This document shows, piece by piece, positions 9,805-18,311 of a DNA stretch of 64,000 bases (positions are counted from its first letter, which is position 1; every line of letters begins with the position of its first letter). The stretch comes from an uncultured Bacillota bacterium (GTDB lineage Bacteria > Bacillota > Clostridia > Christensenellales > UBA1242): the NCBI GenBank assembly GCA_949296805.1, contig CASFPO010000045.1, forward strand, positions 37,330-101,329, in the 5' to 3' direction. The position numbers were made by a program, and so were the translations under genes. Below the pieces are notes generated by a model that saw only the letters and a list, made by a program, of their open reading frames with translations, had not been told where the DNA came from and did not search any database.

Positions 9805-11544
9805 CTATATTTTTTTGGTTTTTATTTCATTTTCAAGTCTTTCGATAAAATCCGACAGCTTTAGCCCTGATTTATTTTCAAAGCCTCTACCTCTTATAGA
9901 TATGGTATTATTCTTTTCTTCCTCATCTCCAACGATAATAAGATAAGGGATTTTCATAAAAAGGGCTTCTCGTATCTTGTATCCTATCTTTTCATTTCTA
10001 AGGTCACTTGTAACACGCAAACCTTTATCAAATAACTCTTTTTGAATTTTTTCGGCATAGTCGTTGTTTCTTTCAGTTAAAGATAGTACCCTAACCTGCT
10101 CAGGTGCAAGCCAAAGCGGAAAGGCACCTGCAAAGTTTTCAATAAGCATACCCATAAATCTTTCTAAAGAGCCATAAATAACTCGGTGTATCATAATTGG
10201 TCTATGTTTAGAGCCATCTTCTCCAACATACTCAAGTTCAAAGCGTTGAGGAAGTTGAAAGTCAAGTTGAATTGTTCCGCATTGCCAAGTTCTACCTAGA
10301 GAGTCTGTTAAATGGAAGTCAATCTTTGGCCCATAAAAAGCTCCATCGCCTTCATTGACTACATAGTCAAGCTTTAATTCATCAAGTGCATTTTTAAGTC
10401 CGTTTGTAGCCATTTCCCAATCTTCGTCACTGCCCATACTGTTTTCTGGTCTTGTAGATAGCTCTACGTGATAGCTAAGATTAAATACCTTATACACCTT
10501 GTCAATTAGCGACACAACGCCTTTAATTTCATCTTTAATCTGACTTGGCATCATAAAGATATGAGCATCATCTTGAGTAAAGCATCTAACTCTTAAAAGT
10601 CCGCCAAGTTCTCCTGACTTTTCGTATCTATGCACAATACCAAGCTCGCCAAGTCTTAAAGGTAACTCTTTGTATGAGTGAGGTTCATTTTTATAAACCA
10701 AAACACCGCCTGGGCAGTTCATCGGCTTGATTGCATATGTCTCATCATCTATAATAGATGTGTACATATTATCTTTGTAGTGGTCCCAGTGCCCTGAAGT
10801 CTCCCAAAGATGACGATTGAGCATAATAGGCGTCATAATCTCCTTGTAGCCAGCCTCTCTGTGCACTTCTCTCCAATAATCAATCAAAAGATTTCGCACA
10901 ATCATACCATTTGGAAGATAAAATGGAAAGCCAGGCCCTTCTGGAGAAATCATAAAAAGCTTAAGCTCTTTGCCGAGCTTTCTGTTATCTCTCTTTTTTG
11001 CTTCTTCAAGCATATTGAGATAGTCGGCAAGTTCTTTTTTAGTCTTAAAAGCATAGCAGTATACTCTTTGAAGCATTTTATTTTTTTCATCGCCACGCCA
11101 GTAAGCACCATTTACACTATGGATTTTAAAACCAAAATTTTGCAATCTTCTAGTACTGTCTACATGAGGTCCACGACAAAGGTCAAAAAAGTCATCTCCT
11201 GTGTAGTATAGTGAAACTTCTTCGCCTTGTGGCAATTCACTTATAATCTCGCTCTTATACTCATTATCTTTAAATAGTTTTAATGCCTCTTCTTTAGAGA
11301 CAACTTTTCTAGTAAATTCTTCGCCTTTGTTGATGATCTCTTTCATTCTCTTTTCAATTTTATCAAAATCGTCTGGAGTGATTGAGTAGTTAAGGTCAAT
11401 ATCATAATAAAAGCCATCATCTATTGCAGGTCCGATAGTGAGTTTTGTGCTTGGATATAACTGCATAATCGCCTTTGCTAGAATGTGAGCTAGAGAGTGC
11501 CTTGCCTTCATTAATTCTTCATCTTTTTCTCTTTTAATTTCCAT
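9805..11544 (-). CDS. thrS: threonine--tRNA ligase (no N-terminal TGS domain)
   Basis: Start trimmed to the ATG at 11542-11544 (GGAG SD); the ORF-track extension runs through the T-box terminator. HSLAHILAKAI editing domain, class II core, and an anticodon-binding C-terminus. Confidence 0.92.
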   Translation of the reverse strand: MEIKREKDEELMKARHSLAHILAKAIMQLYPSTKLTIGPAIDDGFYYDIDLNYSITPDDFDKIEKRMKEIINKGEEFTRKVVSKEEALKLFKDNEYKSEIISELPQGEEVSLYYTGDDFFDLCRGPHVDSTRRLQNFGFKIHSVNGAYWRGDEKNKMLQRVYCYAFKTKKELADYLNMLEEAKKRDNRKLGKELKLFMISPEGPGFPFYLPNGMIVRNLLIDYWREVHREAGYKEIMTPIMLNRHLWETSGHWDHYKDNMYTSIIDDETYAIKPMNCPGGVLVYKNEPHSYKELPLRLGELGIVHRYEKSGELGGLLRVRCFTQDDAHIFMMPSQIKDEIKGVVSLIDKVYKVFNLSYHVELSTRPENSMGSDEDWEMATNGLKNALDELKLDYVVNEGDGAFYGPKIDFHLTDSLGRTWQCGTIQLDFQLPQRFELEYVGEDGSKHRPIMIHRVIYGSLERFMGMLIENFAGAFPLWLAPEQVRVLSLTERNNDYAEKIQKELFDKGLRVTSDLRNEKIGYKIREALFMKIPYLIIVGDEEEKNNTISIRGRGFENKSGLKLSDFIERLENEIKTKKI

Positions 11545-11563
11545 AATTTTCTCCTTTTTAAAA

Positions 11564-11757
11564 CAAAAAAATCGTCCCATAAATTTAAGGACGACTAAAT
11601 ATAACCGTGGTTCCACCTTAATTGCATAAAAATGCCACTCATTTTGCACCTTATCATCATAGCAGTGGTTTCAATATCATTTTAGCCAAGATTTTTCACC
11701 AGCCAATCTTTCTCTAAGCGCATCAAATGTATCTACTTGTCTACTACTAAAGGATAT
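11564..11757 (-). promoter_or_regulatory. T-box leader, Thr specifier (ACC), controlling thrS
   Basis: The minus strand shows TTAGAGAAAG stem I, GAA-ACC-A in the specifier position, the T-box core GGTGGAACCACGG (11605-11617), and the terminator gtcgtcc..ggacgat plus a U-run. Confidence 0.85.
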
Positions 11758-11763
11758 ACTACA

Positions 11764-11792
11764 TATATATCAAAAAAAAATTATTTTGTCAA
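11764..11792 (-). promoter_or_regulatory. sigma-A promoter of the Thr T-box/thrS
   Basis: TTGACA (11787-11792), a 17-nt spacer, then TATATA (11764-11769) on the minus strand. Confidence 0.6.
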
Positions 11793-11816
11793 CTATAAAA
11801 TCAATATTTTTTGTAA

Positions 11817-12590
11817 TTAATACATTTTTTCTTTTGGCACATATGAAATTTTGGAGTTTGTATTGTTGATAGTTATTCTTTCTTCAAAAAGTCTTTCTAA
11901 AAGGTCGATGGCGCTACTGCTTTCACTAAAGTATAAATTGATTTTTTGCGGAGATAAATCTATAACAGAGGAGACTATTGCCTCTTCACTAAACACCTTG
12001 TTTTGATACAGTCCTTCATTTAAGGTAAAGATTTTATAGCCATCACTATCTTTAACTACACTGATTTCATCTTCGCAAATATCTAAATTATCCACTAAAA
12101 ACTTAAGCAAGTCAATAAAGCTGTCTGAGGAGATTAAATAGTCACTATTGTCATTTGACAGCGTTACAAGCTCTGCCCACTTTTCTTGCAAAGCCTTTAA
12201 TCTAAAATGATAAAATGATTCAATAAAAAAATCGTGTTTAAGCTCCAAACTTTTCTTAACAATAAATTTATCTGTTTCTTTATCAAAATTAAGTAAGGCT
12301 TTTTTAAAGGCGAGCAAGCCTATCTTGTCTTGTCTAGGAAAGATCAAATAATTATCTAAAAAAGCCATTTTAAAGCTAGTGCAAATGATTTCAATAATAC
12401 ACGAGGATATTAAAATTTTTGTCTTTTCAATATAAGCCTTATCTACTGCTACCAATATAGAAATATATCCGTTCTCTTCATTTGAGGTTATAATTCCTTG
12501 CATATCCTCTATAGAATTTGAAAGGGTTTGAAATAGCACATTGGCAATTGCATAGTTTTCAGATTTGATGTTAAGCGAAATCTCCCACAT
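11817..12590 (-). CDS. YtxC-like sporulation protein (tentative)
   Basis: 257-aa soluble protein immediately upstream of thrS, the conserved position of ytxC in Bacilli and Clostridia. The sequence has no other recognisable motif. Confidence 0.45.
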   Translation of the reverse strand: MWEISLNIKSENYAIANVLFQTLSNSIEDMQGIITSNEENGYISILVAVDKAYIEKTKILISSCIIEIICTSFKMAFLDNYLIFPRQDKIGLLAFKKALLNFDKETDKFIVKKSLELKHDFFIESFYHFRLKALQEKWAELVTLSNDNSDYLISSDSFIDLLKFLVDNLDICEDEISVVKDSDGYKIFTLNEGLYQNKVFSEEAIVSSVIDLSPQKINLYFSESSSAIDLLERLFEERITINNTNSKISYVPKEKMY

Positions 12591-12716
12591 AAATTCTCCT
12601 TACTATGATATTCTATGCAAGGTTAAAAAAAATACACTTAGAATTTTAAATTTAAAGTAAATAATTTGACAAATAATAAAAAAATATTGATAATTAATAT
12701 ATAAAAGAGGTAGAGA

Positions 12717-13433
12717 ATGAAAAAGTCAGTTAAAATTTTGCTATCCTTGTTATGTTTGTGCCCTATAGTTTTGCTTACTGCATGTGGAGATTCAACCTAT
12801 TATGTTATAAATGTATCCTCTAGTGACGATACCATAGGTACTTTTTCAAACAATCGCTCTAACAATCCAAGACAACTAGAGGGTACATCTATCACATTAA
12901 CTGCAATAGAAAAAAATTTAGATGAAAATCCTTTTATTTGCTGGGTAAAAGATAATAATACCGTTGTTTCTACAGAACGTCAATTGCAAATGACCTATTC
13001 AAGTCAAACAGCAGGCAATTACACCGCAGTTTTTGAAGAAAGCCCTTCAGGGATGATGTATACAGCAGTCGACTACTTAAATATTAATAATCCAAGCTAT
13101 AATGGAGCAAGTTTTACTTTATATTACTCAAATCGAGGGAGTGATATTTATGTTGAACTTGAAAGCGGAAGTTTTTCTTCTGAGGGCGAGTATTTATCCT
13201 CGCATATGGCAGTGTTATATCTTGGCGGTGCTGGAACAATGGCTAATTATCAATATAATTTTAAAATAGATATAACTTTGGCAGAAGAAACAATCTCCTT
13301 AGAAAGTCAAACCATCCTATCTAACAACAGCTTTAATGGTACTAGCACAACTTTAATTAATTTTAGTAATGATAATATTGAAATATCAATGTCACTAGAA
13401 AAACTTAATAACAGTTTGTACTCTGTTGTTTAA
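12717..13433 (+). CDS. putative lipoprotein
   Basis: Signal peptide with the lipobox LLTAC|GD. GGTAGAG SD. The segment GTSITLTAIEKNLDENPFICWVKDNNTV is reminiscent of InlB B-repeat/Listeria-Bacteroides repeat domains. Confidence 0.7.
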   Translation: MKKSVKILLSLLCLCPIVLLTACGDSTYYVINVSSSDDTIGTFSNNRSNNPRQLEGTSITLTAIEKNLDENPFICWVKDNNTVVSTERQLQMTYSSQTAGNYTAVFEESPSGMMYTAVDYLNINNPSYNGASFTLYYSNRGSDIYVELESGSFSSEGEYLSSHMAVLYLGGAGTMANYQYNFKIDITLAEETISLESQTILSNNSFNGTSTTLINFSNDNIEISMSLEKLNNSLYSVV

Positions 13434-13449
13434 AAATTTGTTGAAAAAA

Positions 13450-13482
13450 ATAAAAGAAGGTCAACAACCTTCTTCTATTTTT
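13450..13482. terminator. bidirectional intrinsic terminator
   Basis: Stem aagaaggt/accttctt flanked by an A-run and a T-run, between the convergent lipoprotein gene and the 43-aa ORF. Confidence 0.7.
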
Positions 13483-13491
13483 GGCTGAAAA

Positions 13492-13623
13492 CTATTTGCA
13501 GTCTTTAGCTGAACCAGACTTAGAACCGCAACCCTTAGCTTCTTTAGATGCCTCTACACTCTTTGCAGATTTTGACATCTTGCCACTTTTGGCTTTTCCC
13601 ATTTTGGAATTTTTACCAAACAT
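13492..13623 (-). CDS. 43-aa Lys/Ser/Gly-rich small protein (below the ORF-track size cutoff)
   Basis: Manual translation: MFGKNSKMGKAKSGKMSKSAKSVEASKEAKGCGSKSGSAKDCK*. Strong SD (AGGAGGTG, 6 nt before the ATG at 13621-13623), with its own upstream promoter-like boxes and a downstream terminator. Confidence 0.6.
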   Translation of the reverse strand: MFGKNSKMGKAKSGKMSKSAKSVEASKEAKGCGSKSGSAKDCK

Positions 13624-13765
13624 AGTTTTCACCTCCTGTATTCAAGGTTTTATACCTTGTAATTACATTATGGCTAAAAATTTTGATTTTATACATTTTT
13701 AAATTTTTTAATAGAAATATTTAAAAAATATTACTTAGAAAAGCACCAAAATCTTAAATTATACA

Positions 13766-13815
13766 CAAAAAAAGTGAACTCTTTAAAGTTACTTAACTTT
13801 TAAAGTTCACTTTTT
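13766..13815 (-). terminator. intrinsic terminator after ruvX-DUF1292
   Basis: Long imperfect hairpin gtgaact..agttcac flanked by A- and T-runs, 10 nt downstream of the DUF1292 stop. Confidence 0.6.
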
Positions 13816-13824
13816 GAAATTTTT

Positions 13825-14268
13825 TTATTTTTTTGTTGTTTTTTTCTTACCAGCAACCGAAGCTGTCTTTGCTGAAGTTGAAGCTTTTGTTGTTGTTTTC
13901 TTTTCTGCTTTTTCTTTCTTTTCTTCTTTTTGAGCTTCTTCAAGCAGGTCATAGTACTTATCAAAAACTGCAATTGCTATTTCTTCATCTTCCTCAACTT
14001 TAATAATAGAATTGCCATCTTTATCTTGGTCAACAACAAACACGATAGCCTCATCATCGCCTATTCCCTCTATTTTATCAAGAGGTTTAAGCACGCAGTA
14101 TAGCTTTTTCTCTTTTCTTACCTCGTAAGGAATAACTGCAACTTGTTCAAAAGTTAATTGTTTGCCAGCTTCATCCACTAGTACGATTGGATCTTTATTA
14201 TCTTGATCAAGTAAAACATCAAGAATATCTAAAGGCTTTAATTGTTCTTTATCATTTTTTTCTACCAT
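13825..14268 (-). CDS. DUF1292 (YrzB-like) protein with a Lys/Thr-rich tail
   Basis: The pattern ..LYCVLKPLDKIEGIGDDEAIVFVVDQDKDGN..IKVEEDEE.. fits DUF1292. Conserved position directly after ruvX/yrrK. Confidence 0.7.
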   Translation of the reverse strand: MVEKNDKEQLKPLDILDVLLDQDNKDPIVLVDEAGKQLTFEQVAVIPYEVRKEKKLYCVLKPLDKIEGIGDDEAIVFVVDQDKDGNSIIKVEEDEEIAIAVFDKYYDLLEEAQKEEKKEKAEKKTTTKASTSAKTASVAGKKKTTKK

Positions 14269-14270
14269 AA

Positions 14271-14696
14271 TTAGTTCCCCTTTTTTGAATTAATAAATGT
14301 TTGCAAAATTATCTGTGCTGATATTTTATCTATGAGTTCCTTACGCTTTTCCCTTCGCACCCCGCTTGAGATTAAAATATCTTCTGCTTCAGCCGAGGTT
14401 AAGCGCTCATCAATAAAATATACTTTTACACCAGAGTAGCTTTCGAGTTTTTGCCCAAATTCTCTATGAATTTTTGCTCGCTCTCCTTCACTGCCATCCA
14501 TATTAATCGGAAGCCCTAAAGCAACTTCATCAACATCGTTTTCTTTAATAATCTTATCTAGATGTTTTAAAGTTTCTTCCTCTCCCCGATTTTGATAGAC
14601 TTCATATGGACTAGAGATTATACACAACAAATCGCTTAATGCAATGCCTATGCGTTTATCTCCATAATCTACTCCCATTTTTCTATGCTTTTGCAT
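14271..14696 (-). CDS. ruvX: Holliday junction resolvase-like RuvX/YqgF
   Basis: MGVDYGDKRIGIALSD... and DERLTSAEAE are YqgF family motifs. GGAG SD. Confidence 0.9.
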   Translation of the reverse strand: MQKHRKMGVDYGDKRIGIALSDLLCIISSPYEVYQNRGEEETLKHLDKIIKENDVDEVALGLPINMDGSEGERAKIHREFGQKLESYSGVKVYFIDERLTSAEAEDILISSGVRREKRKELIDKISAQIILQTFINSKKGN

Positions 14697-14775
14697 TACA
14701 TCTCCACCCTAAGTATAACTTTTAAAATTTTTTTAGTCAAACAAATTAATAAAAAATATTGATTTATATCAATCT

Positions 14776-15441
14776 TTAATCTAAATATTTTAAAATTGGC
14801 ATAAGAGAAGTAGTATTTAAAATACATTCTTTCCAAATTGTCTTATTTTTATAATCGGTATCTTCAGGATTTATGCATACCGTTTTCACACCGCATTTAT
14901 ATACATCTTCATCATTTATGCTATTTCCAAAAAAGACAACTTCGTCTGGAGAGAGGTTTAACATTTTAATTAATATATTTGTATATTGGCTTTTATCTTC
15001 AACGAAATGCTGTAGCTTTGTTATCTCCTCTACAACACCGTCATCATCAAAAATTAATTCTTGAGCCTCTATCTTATAGATATATTTTAAGCAATCTTTT
15101 AAAAGGATTTCAATAATATTTTTTATTCCGCCAGACAAAATCACTATTTTCACTTTTTGTGTGAATAAACTTTCCATAACTTTTTTACAGTCATCTATTA
15201 ATTCTGTATCTTCAGCAATACTTTCAAGCAACTTTTGTGTTACTTTTTCTTCACGATAAACTTTTATTACCTCATTTGCCCATTGGTTATAGTCTATTAA
15301 CTTTTGCTTATATTTTTGGTATAAAATTTCATCATCACTTTGTCTACCGATTTTAGCCCAAATTCTTGCCCAGCTATTAGGATGAAGATTGGGCTTTGTC
15401 AAGGTTCCGTCAAAATCAAAAATAACTAGTTTTGTTTTCAT
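14776..15441 (-). CDS. HAD-superfamily hydrolase (PSP-like subfamily)
   Basis: Motif I (LVIFDFDGTLT), motif II (ILSGG) and a C-terminal GNSINDEDV (motif IV). Confidence 0.8.
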   Translation of the reverse strand: MKTKLVIFDFDGTLTKPNLHPNSWARIWAKIGRQSDDEILYQKYKQKLIDYNQWANEVIKVYREEKVTQKLLESIAEDTELIDDCKKVMESLFTQKVKIVILSGGIKNIIEILLKDCLKYIYKIEAQELIFDDDGVVEEITKLQHFVEDKSQYTNILIKMLNLSPDEVVFFGNSINDEDVYKCGVKTVCINPEDTDYKNKTIWKECILNTTSLMPILKYLD

Positions 15442-15449
15442 TTTTTCTC

Positions 15450-17948
15450 CTATTTACAATCGTACAAACTTTCTCCTTCGCCCATAGAAACAATAAGTGG
15501 TACTTTCAGCGATGCAACATTTTCCATTGAGTCTTTTAAAATTTTTTTTACAACATCCTCTTCGCCTGGATAGGTATCTATAATAAGCTCATCGTGGATT
15601 TGTAGTATTAGCTGGCTTCTTAGCCCTTTTTCACTTAAAGTGTTTGATACCTTTATCATAGCAAGTTTAATAATATCAGAGGCTGTGCCTTGAAGAGGCA
15701 TATTCATAGCGACTCGTTCGCCAAAAGTTCTTATATTATATTTTGAAGATTTGATTTCTGGAATTTTGCGAATTCTGCCAAATTTTGTGATAGCATAGCC
15801 ATTTTCTTTGGCAAAGTCAACATTCTGTTTCATAAATTCCTTAACTTTTTTATATCTAGTAAAATAAGAATTTATGTACTTTTTGGCACTGTCAATAGTT
15901 ATTTTGATATTTTGTGATAGCCCATACTCACTTATACCATAAATAATTCCAAAATTTATAGCTTTTGCCTCTCTTCTTTGCTGAGGCGTAACTTTGTCAA
16001 TATCTACATTAAATATTTGCGAAGCCGTCAAACTATGTATATCTTTTCCTTCCTTATAAGAAGCAATCAGTTCCTCTTCGCCCGACATATCAGCAAGAAG
16101 GCGTAATTCAATCTGATTATAATCGGCTGAGATAATTTTTCCACCCTCAAACTTAGAGACAAATATTTTTCTTAAATTTTTGCCATAGCTATCTCTTGTT
16201 GGGATATTTTGTAAGTTAGGTTCACTACTAGATAATCTTCCAGTGCTAGTTAATGTTTGATTAAAAGTAGTATGAATTATATCCCCGCTTTCTTCAATTA
16301 GCCTTTCATAAACATCAATATAGGTATTTTTAAGTTTGGCAAATTTTCTATAAGAAAGGATATCTTCAACTAGCGGTATATAGCGAAGTTCTTCCAGTAC
16401 ATCAGCCTTTGTAGATTGCCTTTTATTATTAAAAGGCTTTATCCCTAACTTATCAAACAATATATGTGCCACTTGTTTTGGTGCATTTATATTGAATTCT
16501 TCGCCAGCTTCTTTGTAAATACTTTTTGTAAGCTCTTCTAGTTTTTCGCTATATTCTCTATCAAGGTCGAAAAGTCTTTCCTTGTTTACTCTAAAGCCCT
16601 TACACTCCATATTAAACAATATTTCAATTAAAGGTTTTTCAATATTTTCATAGATAAAGGTTAATTTATTTTCTTCCAGTTTTTTTATTAAAGATAAATA
16701 ATAATTTTGGTAGTCAGACAACAAAAATTTATTATTTTGCTTTAATCCAGCATTGATGATATAATCTCCAACTGATAAGTCAAAATAATTTTTAAGAGTA
16801 ATGTTATATTTTGCAAGCAGATGCATATCTTGTTTTGCTGAAGCAGTAATTTTTAAAATTTTTTCATCCTCAAATATTGGTTTAAGTGCAAACATAACTT
16901 CATCAATATCAAGCCCATCGCTAAAGATATCAAAAGTTTGCTCTAGAAAATAGATGTTATTTTGAAATAAAAATTCTAGACTTTGCAGATTATAGCAAAA
17001 AATATCATTTGTGAAATCTTTAAATTTTGCGATATTTTCTTTTGTTAATTTAATCTTTTTATATAAAGGAATATCATTTTGACTTAAGTCCTCACTAAAT
17101 AACGACTTGTTGTTGAGTAAAGAAGTAAAATCCATTTCAGAAAAGAAAGCATAGACATTTTTTGTGAATGGAAAAACAACTTTGCACTCCTCTAAATTAA
17201 AATCAATCTTGCAATCGGTTTTAATTGTTGCAAGTTGTTTTGATAGATACGCCATATCCTTATCACTTACAAGTTTTTCTTTTAATTTAGGTCTTAAATT
17301 GTCAAGATGATTGTACAGATTGTTTAGGTCGCTATACTGTCCTATAAGCTCTATTGCTGTTTTTTCTCCAATACCTTTTACGCCTGGGATATTGTCAGAC
17401 ACATCGCCCATCAAGGCTTTTAAGTCAATAACTTGTTTTGGCGATATTTGAAATTTACTTTGAATATTATTTATATCAACCTTGTCAACTTCGCTCACTC
17501 CCTTTTTAGTGAGCCATATCGATGTATTTTGGTCAATCAGTTGCAATAAATCTTTATCTCCAGAGAGAATAATTTTATCGCAGTCACATAGGTTTGAAAT
17601 TGAGCCGATTATATCATCAGCCTCAATTCCAGACTCCTCTATCGTTTTGATTTGCATAGTTTTAAGCATTTCTTTAATCAACGGGAATTGCGAAAGTAAT
17701 TCCTCAGGAGTAGGTTTTCTTTGCATTTTATATTCTGAGTAAAGTTTGTTTCTAAAGGTTGCTCTTGCGTGGTCAAAGGCTATTACAATATGAGTGGGCA
17801 TTAGCTCAGTAATAATTTTTATCAATATATTTGCAAAGCCAAAGACGGCACCAGAGGGTTGACCTTTATGATTGGAAAGGAAAGGAAGGGCATAAAATGC
17901 TCTGTTTGCTATACTATTTCCATCAACAATTAACAGTTTATTTTTCAT
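15450..17948 (-). CDS. polA: DNA polymerase I
   Basis: Start trimmed to MKNKLLIVDGNSIANRAFYA (ATG 17946-17948). 5'-nuclease domain, an exo-like linker with no recognisable DxE, and pol-domain motifs DYNQIELRLLA, RREAKAINFGIIYG and QIHDELI. Confidence 0.95.
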   Translation of the reverse strand: MKNKLLIVDGNSIANRAFYALPFLSNHKGQPSGAVFGFANILIKIITELMPTHIVIAFDHARATFRNKLYSEYKMQRKPTPEELLSQFPLIKEMLKTMQIKTIEESGIEADDIIGSISNLCDCDKIILSGDKDLLQLIDQNTSIWLTKKGVSEVDKVDINNIQSKFQISPKQVIDLKALMGDVSDNIPGVKGIGEKTAIELIGQYSDLNNLYNHLDNLRPKLKEKLVSDKDMAYLSKQLATIKTDCKIDFNLEECKVVFPFTKNVYAFFSEMDFTSLLNNKSLFSEDLSQNDIPLYKKIKLTKENIAKFKDFTNDIFCYNLQSLEFLFQNNIYFLEQTFDIFSDGLDIDEVMFALKPIFEDEKILKITASAKQDMHLLAKYNITLKNYFDLSVGDYIINAGLKQNNKFLLSDYQNYYLSLIKKLEENKLTFIYENIEKPLIEILFNMECKGFRVNKERLFDLDREYSEKLEELTKSIYKEAGEEFNINAPKQVAHILFDKLGIKPFNNKRQSTKADVLEELRYIPLVEDILSYRKFAKLKNTYIDVYERLIEESGDIIHTTFNQTLTSTGRLSSSEPNLQNIPTRDSYGKNLRKIFVSKFEGGKIISADYNQIELRLLADMSGEEELIASYKEGKDIHSLTASQIFNVDIDKVTPQQRREAKAINFGIIYGISEYGLSQNIKITIDSAKKYINSYFTRYKKVKEFMKQNVDFAKENGYAITKFGRIRKIPEIKSSKYNIRTFGERVAMNMPLQGTASDIIKLAMIKVSNTLSEKGLRSQLILQIHDELIIDTYPGEEDVVKKILKDSMENVASLKVPLIVSMGEGESLYDCK

Positions 17949-17961
17949 AATCATCCTTTTA

Positions 17962-18231
17962 TTAAACACCAAAGAGCGACCTAAATACATCCGGAATAGC
18001 AAGTGTCAAAATTAAAACAATAATAGCGATTATCAAAATAACAAAAAAGATTATTTTAAGAGGATTGCCAATAAAATTGATAACCGCATAGACAAGAGCA
18101 ATACACAGCCCGCCGTAGACTGAAATATAATACTCAACACCCGACCTTGCTCCTACAATATTAACATAACAGAGAAACCCAATATAGATTACAGTTATTA
18201 TAGCTAAGACAAAATATAAAATTGACTTCAT
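17962..18231 (-). CDS. small hydrophobic membrane protein
   Basis: 89 aa with three predicted TM helices. Co-directional and tightly spaced before polA. Confidence 0.5.
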   Translation of the reverse strand: MKSILYFVLAIITVIYIGFLCYVNIVGARSGVEYYISVYGGLCIALVYAVINFIGNPLKIIFFVILIIAIIVLILTLAIPDVFRSLFGV

Positions 18232-18311
18232 TTATAACCTCGTAATAAACATTTTTGACAAAGTTTAACAAATATATGCAAATATATAATGTTATGATAG
18301 GCAAAAATAAT

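Noticed and set aside
11545-11649. N-terminal extensions offered by the ORF track (thrS to 11649, polA to 18002, ftsY to 25968, plsX to 31329, ylbJ-like from 34070, membrane protein to 5347, aspS to 8993, DAC-like to 23673, rimO to 62838, yajC to 9747, smc to 29467)
   Set aside because: In each case an internal ATG preceded by a GGAG-type SD coincides with the conserved protein N-terminus. The extension runs through an upstream gene, a T-box terminator or the SD itself.
13481-13702. 73-aa plus-strand ORF
   Set aside because: It starts inside the bidirectional terminator, has no SD, and is antisense to the better-supported 43-aa minus-strand ORF and its promoter.
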